Origin: Candidatus Falkowbacteria bacterium
GTDB lineage: Bacteria; Patescibacteriota; Patescibacteriia; CAIXNZ01
Direction of reading: 5' to 3'
Assembly: GCA_963774955.1 (NCBI GenBank)
Contig: CAVZGV010000003.1
Coordinates: 320,771-384,770 of the forward strand
Length of the DNA: 64,000 bases
Shown here piece after piece: positions 54,967-64,000 of this stretch; position 1 is the first letter of the stretch, and each line of letters starts with the position of its first letter. The translations under genes were made by a program, and so were the position numbers. The notes beneath the pieces are model-generated. The model worked only from the letters and a program-made list of their open reading frames with translations, had not been told where the DNA came from and ran no database searches.

Positions 54967-54999
54967 AAGATTAGTAGCTAATTAGTAAATTAGTAGCTT

Positions 55000-56088
55000 A
55001 TGACAAAAAGAATTGAACAACCTCAAAATGAACAATCTCAGGAGCTGGCTATGGCCAGGCAGGCTTTGGGTCGGGTTAAGGAAATGAATTTGACGCCGGA
55101 GCAAAAGGAAAAGATAATGGCTATGATTGACGAGGCCAAAGAGGCCGAAAAATCCGGTCAAAAATCTAAAGCTTTAAAGATTTATAGGGAGTTGAAAGAA
55201 TCTTTAGAGAAAATAAAGTCATCAGAAAGTCTGGAATCGTTTCAGAATAAGACAGTTGAATTTATTAATGAGGGTTCTAATAAATTTTCAGATCGACGAA
55301 ATATTGCCATGGCATTGGCCGGAATAGATTCTGACCAAGCTTGGGAATTAAGATCTAAAATTTTGGAAACAAGCTGGAAGGATGTTAATTTTTTAACGCA
55401 TGTCGGATATAGTTTGGCTGGATTAGATTCTCAAGCGGCCTGGGATTTGAGAACTAAAATCCGGGAAAAAGGAGCAGATATTCACATAAGTTTAATAGGA
55501 CTGGATTCTGATAAAGCCTGGCAGCTGCGGAGAGAACTTTTAGAAAAAGGCGCTGATAATTGGTCTATCATGGAGAGTTTAGCCGGATTAGATTCAGCCG
55601 AGGCTTGGGAAATGAGGGATAAACTCATGGAACGAGGAGCGCATAAAAACGCTTTAGTTTCTAGTTTGGTAGGGTTGGATTCGGATAAAGCCTGGAAAAT
55701 AAGAGAGGAGGTTCTCGAAGACAAGGATGAAACTAACAGCTTATATGACTTGGCTAAAAGTCTAATAGGTTTGGATTCAGCCAAGGCTTGGAGCATGAGA
55801 CAACAGCTTTTGGAAAAAGGATTAGAAAAACAATTTATTGTTGGATTGTTAGGCGGAGCAGACTCGGAAAAAGCCTGGGCAATGAGGGAGGAAGTTATAA
55901 TGAAAATATCGGAAGGTAATAATGTTGCTATGAGTTTAGACGGGCTGGATTCGGAAAGAGCCTGGGATATGAGAGCGGAACTTATTGAGCAAGGAGTGCG
56001 ATTTGATGATGTTGCCTTGGGTATTTATGGCGGTTATTCGATGGAAGCTGTGCGTAAGGCCAGACGAGATGAAATATTTAAAAGTTAA
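55000..56088 (+). CDS. Family member 7: conserved N-terminal module + eight tandem ~34-aa alpha-helical repeats (L.GLDS..AW..R..L.E.G).
   Basis: ..SQELAMARQALGRVKEMNLTPEQKEKIMAMIDEAKE..; repeats LAGIDSDQAWELRSKILE / LAGLDSQAAWDLRTKIRE / LIGLDSDKAWQLRRELLE / LAGLDSAEAWEMRDKLME / ... Confidence 0.75.
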   Translation: MTKRIEQPQNEQSQELAMARQALGRVKEMNLTPEQKEKIMAMIDEAKEAEKSGQKSKALKIYRELKESLEKIKSSESLESFQNKTVEFINEGSNKFSDRRNIAMALAGIDSDQAWELRSKILETSWKDVNFLTHVGYSLAGLDSQAAWDLRTKIREKGADIHISLIGLDSDKAWQLRRELLEKGADNWSIMESLAGLDSAEAWEMRDKLMERGAHKNALVSSLVGLDSDKAWKIREEVLEDKDETNSLYDLAKSLIGLDSAKAWSMRQQLLEKGLEKQFIVGLLGGADSEKAWAMREEVIMKISEGNNVAMSLDGLDSERAWDMRAELIEQGVRFDDVALGIYGGYSMEAVRKARRDEIFKS

Positions 56089-56097
56089 AAGGTTTTA

Positions 56098-56734
56098 TGA
56101 CTAAGCCGACTTTTAAAAAAGAAAAAGAACTTGTGGAATAAGGGCTACCATTTGGTCGCCGGTATTGATGAAGTTGGTCGCGGTGCCTGGGCCGGACCGA
56201 TTGTGGCAGCCGGGGTTATTTTTGAAAAAGAATTAAAGATTAAAGGATTAAATGATTCTAAGAAAGTTATCAGCGTCTAAAAGGGAAGAACTGGCTGAGA
56301 TTATAAAAGCCAAAGCTTTGGCCTGGACAATTCAGATTGTTGAGCATGATGTCATTGATGATATCGGTGTAGGCAAGGCAAATGCTCTAGTCATTGATAA
56401 AGTTATTAATGCTTTAGAGCCTAAGCCCCATTATTTATTGATTGATAAGGCCAGGGTTATCAAGTATAAAATCAGAATTCCCTGGGAAACCATTATTAAA
56501 GGCGATAGCAAGATCTTTTCTATTGCCGCTGCTTCGATTATCGCTAAAGTTTATAGAGATGAATTAATGCTAAAATTAGCTAAAAAATACCCAAAATACG
56601 GGTTTGAAAAGCATAAAGGTTATGGCACAGAATTACACCAGAAAATGCTTAAACTGCATGATATTTGTCCGATTCACCGTAAATCTTACCGCCCGATTAG
56701 CCAGCCAAGCCTGTTAAATTTTGAAAAGGCTTGA
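56098..56734 (+). CDS. rnhB: Ribonuclease HII, with one or two apparent single-base insertions.
   Basis: ..[34 protein letters not shown]|[14 protein letters not shown].., ..[21 protein letters not shown].., ..HKGYGT.. The frame breaks at aaaGtta (~56270). Either a second break in the A-run at ~56118 or an internal TTG start at ~56131. Confidence 0.8.
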
Positions 56735-56847
56735 TTAATTTGATTTATTAGGATAAAATTAACAGTGAAACCTATAAATAACTGTGGATAAGTAGCTTTC
56801 CCCAAAACTCAATTGAGTCCTTTTTTTTTACAAATTAGGATAAGACT

Positions 56848-57132
56848 ATGGAAGATTTAAATAAAAAACAACCAGAGATAAAAAAGCCGTGGTGGCAGGA
56901 TTCAGTCACGCTGTTTATGCAGCTATCCGGCTGGATAGGTATTCCGGTTATTTTAGGAGTTTTTTTGGGGCAATGGCTGGATAATAAATATGGCACTAAA
57001 CCTTGGTTATTTTTGGCAACAGTGGGTTTCGCTTTTATAATTTCAACGGTCGGCATTGTAAAAGAAGCCGGTCAGGCAATTAAAAAAATTGAACAAGAAT
57101 CTAAGAATAACAAAAATGATATTGGGAAATGA
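56848..57132 (+). CDS. AtpZ/AtpI-like small membrane protein preceding the atp operon.
   Basis: Two TM helices (..LSGWIGIPVILGVFLGQWLD.., ..LFLATVGFAFIISTVGI..) directly upstream of atpB. Confidence 0.55.
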   Translation: MEDLNKKQPEIKKPWWQDSVTLFMQLSGWIGIPVILGVFLGQWLDNKYGTKPWLFLATVGFAFIISTVGIVKEAGQAIKKIEQESKNNKNDIGK

Positions 57133-58013
57133 AATCAATTTAAAATCAGAATCTTTACCTTCGGAAAACGTATCAGGTCATGCTGAAAATTTAGTTGAGA
57201 CTGAGCAAACAGCAGCCCATGAGCATACATTATATGCTGAAACCGTTTGGCAGGGTAAATATTTTACGGTAACTAATTCCATGCTTAACGCCTGGATTGT
57301 GGTGGCCATTGTTATTGTTTTTTCGCTTATCATCAGATCAAAAATAAAGAAGATTCCCAGCGGAATTCAGAATTATGCCGAGACTGTGGTTGACGGAGCG
57401 CTTGAATCTGGCTGATTCGGTAACCGGCAGCCGCGAAAAATCCCTTAAATTTTTTCCGATTTGTTTTGCGCTTTTTATTTTTATTTTTTTAAATAACTGG
57501 CTGGGTATTTTACCCGGCGTGGGTTCAATCGGTTTTTATGCTATGGAAGAAGGCCACAAGGTCTTTGTGCCTTTTTTTCGTGGTGGTACCGCTGATTTGA
57601 ATACTACATTGGCCTTGGCTCTGTTCTCGGTAATTGGCGCCAATGTGGCCGGCATGATTATGGTTGGCTGGTGGAAGCATATAAATAAATTTGTTAATCT
57701 TAAGGCGTTTATTGAAATTCCTAAAAAAATTAGACAGGATTTTACGGTTATTTTAGTTAATCCGATTAAGGCCTTTGTCGGCATAGTGGAAATTATTGGC
57801 GAAGTAGCCAAAGTCGCTTCACTGTCATTTCGTCTTTTTGGCAATATTTTCGCCGGCGAAGTGCTTTTGGCTTCCATGGCTGCTTTGTTTGCCTTTTTTG
57901 TACCTATTCCTTTTATGTTTTTGGAAATCATTGTCGGGTTGATTCAGGCGGTTATCTTTTCAGTCTTGACTTTGGTTTATCTGACGATTGCCACCACCGC
58001 TGAGGAACACTAA
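57116..58013 (+). CDS. atpB: F0F1 ATP synthase subunit a, with one apparent single-base insertion near 57400.
   Basis: ..SVTGSREKSLKFFPICFALFIFIFLNNWLGILPG.., ..LSFRLFGNIFAGEVLL.. (essential Arg region). The N-terminal 100 aa lie in ORF 57089..57415, one frame off (cttGaat). Confidence 0.8.
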
Positions 58014-58051
58014 AATAAGTCAAAAGTAAAAAATCAAAAATTTGGAATTAA

Positions 58052-58339
<288 letters not shown>

Positions 58340-58473
58340 TAATTTTTGACGTGAAGGGGATGAACATTCGTCCCCTTGGGCTAACAATTATTTAAGCTAC
58401 AAATATACAAATACATACAAATTTTTACAAATTTGTAGTCATTTGTAGCCAATTTGTAGATTTGTAACATTAT

Positions 58474-58971
58474 ATGGATTCACTTATTTCAACATTTCAT
58501 TTAGATTTAACCTTAATTATCGCCCAATTGGTAAATTTTGCCATTGTGGCTCTGGTTTTATGGTTTTTTGCCCTCAAGCCTTTGATTAAAGTTATGTCAG
58601 AACGCACCAAGACTATTGAAAAGAGCTTGTCTGATGCGAAAAAGATAGAAGAAAGACTGGCTAAGACTGAGGCGGAAAAAAGGCAGATTTTGGAGGTTAC
58701 TAAAAAAGAAGCTGCCGGAATTTTGGAAGAAACAAGTAAAAAGGCAGAAGCAAGTAAACGCGATGCGGTTAATAAAGCCAAAGAAGAGATTGAAAAATTA
58801 GTGGAAAAAGGTAAATATCAGCTGGTGTCTGATCGTGAAAAAATGTTAGCTGAGGTGAAAGCTCAGGTGGCTGATTTAGTCATTGATGCCACCAAAAAGG
58901 TTTTGGGTGAAGCCTTGACTAAAGATGTTGATAAGAAGGTAGTGGAAGACGCGATCAAGAAAATTAAATAG
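58474..58971 (+). CDS. atpF: F0F1 ATP synthase subunit b.
   Basis: N-terminal TM followed by a long charged coiled coil; operon position. Confidence 0.8.
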   Translation: MDSLISTFHLDLTLIIAQLVNFAIVALVLWFFALKPLIKVMSERTKTIEKSLSDAKKIEERLAKTEAEKRQILEVTKKEAAGILEETSKKAEASKRDAVNKAKEEIEKLVEKGKYQLVSDREKMLAEVKAQVADLVIDATKKVLGEALTKDVDKKVVEDAIKKIK

Positions 58972-58996
58972 AAAATAGCAAAAAGAAAATATTTGT

Positions 58997-59404
58997 ATGA
59001 GAAAAATTTCCAGCAAAAAATATGCTCAGTTGCTTTATGAAGTGACTAAAGACCTGGAGAAGGATCAGGTTAAGATTGAAATTGATAATTTTTTAAAGTT
59101 AGTGCACAAAAATAAAGATTCCAAACATTTAGATAAAATTTTTAAAGCATTTGATGAATATGCCAAAATGCAGGAATCAATTATTGATGTTTCGGTGATT
59201 TCTTTTGAAGTTTTAACCCCGAATCAAAAAGAGGAATTAAAACATCAAATTAAAAAAGAGCAAAATGTTAAAGTCGTGAATTTGCAGGAAACAACGGATA
59301 AGAATTTACTGGGCGGATTTGTTTTGAAAATTGGCGATACCATTTTTGACGCCAGTTTAAAAACAAGGCTTGAATGTTTACGCCATGAAATGAAAAAATC
59401 ATAA
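58997..59404 (+). CDS. atpH: F0F1 ATP synthase subunit delta (short form).
   Basis: Position between atpF and atpA; OSCP-like C-terminal ..LGGFVLKIGDTIFDASLKTRLECLRHEM.. Confidence 0.7.
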   Translation: MRKISSKKYAQLLYEVTKDLEKDQVKIEIDNFLKLVHKNKDSKHLDKIFKAFDEYAKMQESIIDVSVISFEVLTPNQKEELKHQIKKEQNVKVVNLQETTDKNLLGGFVLKIGDTIFDASLKTRLECLRHEMKKS

Positions 59405-59428
59405 TGTTTAATACTTAATTTTAATAAT

Positions 59429-60952
59429 ATGAGTAACAAAGATTTAGTAATCGAATCATTAAAACAGCAAATTAAAGATTTTAAAACCGGTTTGAAAGTC
59501 GAAAAAACCGGTACGGTCGTGGAAGTCGGCGACGGTATTGCCAGGATTTCAGGCTTATCTGATTGTATGTCATCGGAAATGTTGGAATTCCAGACCAAAG
59601 GCGAGCCAGTCTATGGCGTGGCTTTGAATCTGGAAGAAGATTCTGTCGGCGCCATTATTCTTGGTGATTATTTGGAGATTAAAGAAGGCGATACAGTCAA
59701 AACTACCGGCCGTATTTTAGAAGTTCCTGTGGGAGAATCTATGATTGGTCGTGTTATTAATCCCTTGGGGGAAGCTCTAGATGGCAAGGGTGATATTAAA
59801 ACTAAAAAGTTTTATCCGGTGGAAAAGATTGCTCCTCGCGTTATTACTCGTGAAGGCGTAAGACAACCTTTGCAAACCGGTATTAAGGCCATTGATGCTA
59901 TGATTCCGATTGGACGCGGCCAGCGTGAATTGATTATTGGTGATCGTCAGACTGGTAAGACCGCTATTGCTATTGATACTATTATTAATCAAAAAGGCCA
60001 GGATGTGATTTGTATTTATGTAGCTATTGGTCAAAAAGAATCTAAGATTGCCAAAATTGTAGCTGAATTGGAAAAACGAGGCGCTATGGATTATACTGTT
60101 GTGGTTTTGGCCGGAGCTTCTGACCCGGCTGCGTTATCATTTATTGCGCCTTATGCCGGCTGTGCTATCGGTGAATATTTTATGGATCAGGGTAAAGATG
60201 TTTTGGTTGTTTATGATGATTTATCCAAACATGCCGTGGCTTATCGTCAAATTTCTCTGCTTTTAAGACGACCGCCGGGACGTGAAGCTTATCCCGGTGA
60301 TGTTTTTTATTTGCATTCTCGACTTTTGGAACGCGCTGCAAAATTAAATAAAAATTATGGTGGTGGTTCATTAACGGCTTTGCCGATTATTGAAACTCAG
60401 GCCGGTGATGTTTCCGCTTATATTCCGACTAATGTCATTTCCATTACTGACGGTCAGATTTATCTGGAAAGTGATTTGTTTTATCAGGGTATTCGTCCGG
60501 CTTTAAATACCGGTATTTCAGTGTCTCGTGTCGGTTCAGCTGCGCAGATTAAAGCCATGAAAAAAGTGGCCGGCCACTTAAACTTGGATATGGCGCAATA
60601 TCGTGAAATGGCGGCTTTTGCTCAGTTTGGTTCTGATTTGGATGAAGCGACCAGAAAACAGATTATCCGCGGTCAGCGCATGCAGGAAATTTTAAAACAG
60701 GATCAGTATGTGCCTATGCCGGTTGCCAATGAAGTGGTAATTATTTATGCCGGAGTTAACGGTTATCTGGATGATGTGCCGGTAGAAAAGGTCTTAGAAT
60801 TTTGTACTGAATTTGATAAATATCTTAATATCTCAGGTAAAGATTTATTGCAGCAAATTGATAAGGAAAAAGATATCAGTGACGAATTGGCAGGGAAGTT
60901 GAAGGAATTGATTGATGATTTTAAAAAGACCCTTGATTACCTTATTAAATAA
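59429..60952 (+). CDS. atpA: F0F1 ATP synthase subunit alpha.
   Basis: Walker [16 protein letters not shown] and ..[28 protein letters not shown]..; 507 aa, intact. Confidence 0.95.
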   Translation: MSNKDLVIESLKQQIKDFKTGLKVEKTGTVVEVGDGIARISGLSDCMSSEMLEFQTKGEPVYGVALNLEEDSVGAIILGDYLEIKEGDTVKTTGRILEVPVGESMIGRVINPLGEALDGKGDIKTKKFYPVEKIAPRVITREGVRQPLQTGIKAIDAMIPIGRGQRELIIGDRQTGKTAIAIDTIINQKGQDVICIYVAIGQKESKIAKIVAELEKRGAMDYTVVVLAGASDPAALSFIAPYAGCAIGEYFMDQGKDVLVVYDDLSKHAVAYRQISLLLRRPPGREAYPGDVFYLHSRLLERAAKLNKNYGGGSLTALPIIETQAGDVSAYIPTNVISITDGQIYLESDLFYQGIRPALNTGISVSRVGSAAQIKAMKKVAGHLNLDMAQYREMAAFAQFGSDLDEATRKQIIRGQRMQEILKQDQYVPMPVANEVVIIYAGVNGYLDDVPVEKVLEFCTEFDKYLNISGKDLLQQIDKEKDISDELAGKLKELIDDFKKTLDYLIK

Positions 60953-61066
60953 AGTTAGAACTAAGAACTAAAATGTAAGAACTGGAACTAAAAATTGATA
61001 ACTATTTGGTTTTAAGCTCTAAGTTATAGTTATTAGTTTTTACATTAAAGTTCTTAGTTAATTACT

Positions 61067-61969
61067 ATGCCTAATACGCGCGACATTAAACGTCGTATAA
61101 AATCAATCCATAATACCAAGAAAATCACCAAGGCCATGGAAATGGTCGCTTCTTCCAAAATGAGAAGAGCGGTGAATGGAGTTTTGGCCTCCAGGCCATA
61201 CTCTGATTTGGCGTGGCAGCTGATTTTAAATGTGGCCGGTAAAGTAAAGACAAAACATCATCGTCTTTTAGCCAGACGCAAAAAAATAAATTCCGTGGGT
61301 ATAGTTTTAATTACCTCCAATCGCGGTTTGTGCGGTTCATTTAATCAGCAGGTCATGAAATCAGCAGTGGAAATTATAAAAAAAGAAAAAGCTATTAAAT
61401 CTGAGCTGAACGTGGAAATAATTGGCGTCGGTAAAAAAGGTGCCCGCTCCATGTTTAGACAGGGTTATAACGTGGTGGCTGAGTTTGAGAAGCCTGATGT
61501 ACTTAAAAGTATTCTGGATATCAGACCGATGGCGAAGATGATTATGGCTGATTTTTTAAATAAAAAATATGACAAGGTTTATTTAATATATACGGATTAT
61601 GTTTCTGCCTTGAAGCAAATTCCGAGAGCTAAACAGATTTTACCGATTGAAACTACTCCGGATTTGTTTTTAGGCACCGTTAATGAACAAGAACAACAGG
61701 CGGTTAAACAATTTGATTATAAATTCGAACCGCCAGCTAAAGAAATTTTAGGTGAATTGCTCCCCAGGCTGTTAGCAGTTCAGATTTACCAGGCCTATTT
61801 GGAAAGTAATGCCTCTGAACATTCAGCCAGAATGTTGGCGATGAGAAATGCTTCTGACGCGGCCGGAGATATGATTTCTGAATTAACTTTAATCTTTAAC
61901 CAGGCGCGTCAAGCAGCCATTACTAAGGAAATAGCTGAAATTGCTGGCGGCAAAGCCGCTTTGGAATAA
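61067..61969 (+). CDS. atpG: F0F1 ATP synthase subunit gamma.
   Basis: MPNTRDIKRRIKSIHNTKKITKAMEMVASSKMRRA.. and C-terminal ..ITKEIAEIAGG.. Confidence 0.9.
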   Translation: MPNTRDIKRRIKSIHNTKKITKAMEMVASSKMRRAVNGVLASRPYSDLAWQLILNVAGKVKTKHHRLLARRKKINSVGIVLITSNRGLCGSFNQQVMKSAVEIIKKEKAIKSELNVEIIGVGKKGARSMFRQGYNVVAEFEKPDVLKSILDIRPMAKMIMADFLNKKYDKVYLIYTDYVSALKQIPRAKQILPIETTPDLFLGTVNEQEQQAVKQFDYKFEPPAKEILGELLPRLLAVQIYQAYLESNASEHSARMLAMRNASDAAGDMISELTLIFNQARQAAITKEIAEIAGGKAALE

Positions 61970-62066
61970 GTTAAAGTGCTACAAAATTTAATAATTAAAA
62001 ATTAATATTATTAAATACTTAAAATCTTAAAACCTTAATAATATTTATAATCAATAACTAAATAAT

Positions 62067-63439
<1,373 letters not shown>

Positions 63440-63498
63440 CAAATGACAAAATCCAAATGACAAATAAATTTCAAATTACAAATTTTAAATAACAAATC

Positions 63499-63933
63499 AT
63501 GCCGGACAAAAAATTACAATTTAAAATCACCACCCCGGAACGGGAAGTCTTTAACGACCTTGTTGACCAGGTGACTATTCCGACTAAAGAAGGGGAGATT
63601 ACGGTTTTGCCGGAGCATATTCCGTTGGTAGCTATTTTAGTTACCGGTGTTTTGGTGGCTAAAAAAGATAAAGAAGATATTGATATAGCAGTGACCGGTG
63701 GATTCATTGAAGTTTTACCTGACAAGGTAACAATTTTGGCTGATTCAGCTGATTTGGCTCAGGATCTTGATGAACAGGCGGTGGTGGAGGCTCACAAGCG
63801 TGCTTTGGCCTTGAAAAATGAGAAACGTTTTGATGCTGAAGAGTTTTCAGCTTTAACAGCTCAAATTGAAAGGGAATTAGCCCGCTTAAAAGTTGTCAGA
63901 AAGAAAAAGTATCGTAATTTACCTAATAAATAA
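63499..63933 (+). CDS. atpC: F0F1 ATP synthase subunit epsilon.
   Basis: ..KLQFKITTPEREVFNDLVDQVTIPTKEGEITVLPEHIPLVAIL.. N-terminal beta-sandwich plus a C-terminal helical hairpin. Confidence 0.85.
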   Translation: MPDKKLQFKITTPEREVFNDLVDQVTIPTKEGEITVLPEHIPLVAILVTGVLVAKKDKEDIDIAVTGGFIEVLPDKVTILADSADLAQDLDEQAVVEAHKRALALKNEKRFDAEEFSALTAQIERELARLKVVRKKKYRNLPNK

Positions 63934-64000
63934 TCGTTTATAGGTTATCAGTATCGGTGTCCGTTACGATAATCGTTAAACGTATAGTATTGAAAATATA

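Noticed and set aside
57089-57415. Treating ORF 57089..57415 and 57375..58013 as two separate genes (a small protein plus a truncated atpB).
   Set aside because: Together they reconstruct a full-length subunit a, with the N-terminal periplasmic/TM1 region in the first piece, collinear with AtpB across a single-base shift at ~57400. There is one gene with a frame break.

Overview
This is an AT-rich (~35% GC), gene-dense bacterial window whose gene content and small proteins look like a reduced-genome Candidate Phyla Radiation / Patescibacteria-type organism. No rRNA, tRNA or CRISPR was recognised.

Housekeeping content on the + strand:
- secA; secD carrying an inserted tandem parvulin (PPIase) domain; secF; metG; rsmI; rnhB; tatD.
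- A split transketolase, class II fba, rpiB, rpe, msrA and pepE.
- Three house-cleaning NTP pyrophosphatases: RdgB, a Nudix hydrolase and Maf.
- A complete F1Fo ATP synthase operon in the order atpZ-like, atpB, E, F, H, A, G, D, C.

Standing out from this background:
1. A ~10-kb tandem cluster (46.4-56.1 kb) of seven paralogous proteins. All share a conserved ~80-aa N-terminal helical module (consensus ..QELAMARxxLGRVKEMDLTPEQKEKxMxMID.AKE..), also conserved at nucleotide level. Each is fused to a different eukaryote-like binding domain: WD40, LRR, PD40 propeller, YopM/IpaH-type LPX-LRR, a helical tandem repeat, and one unknown. This is the best candidate for an undescribed system, possibly a modular surface/effector repertoire with a common docking or export module.
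2. An IS1595-like insertion sequence with at least five ~105-bp MITE derivatives. They share the terminal palindromic hairpin GGGCGAAAACGCCC-TTTGTCAT and sit in intergenic regions, often directly after stop codons.
3. An IS200-like Y1 (RAYT) transposase flanked by inverted repeats.
4. A compositionally foreign, ~52% GC, minus-strand island (13.1-16.5 kb). It encodes two lipoproteins, a zinc-ribbon protein and others under host-like AT-rich promoters. It contains a ~114-bp direct repeat that duplicates a gene 3' end plus its terminator.
5. Clustered single-base insertions, mostly an extra G, that break secA (3), rnhB (1-2), atpB (1), atpD (5) and the IS transposase (1). Neighbouring long genes are intact, so this needs read-level verification.
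6. A membrane protein plus VirD4/TraD-like ATPase pair, preceded by a sigma70 region-4-only protein.
7. A rubredoxin-FTR fusion and a giant multidomain surface protein with a stand-alone paralog of its membrane module.
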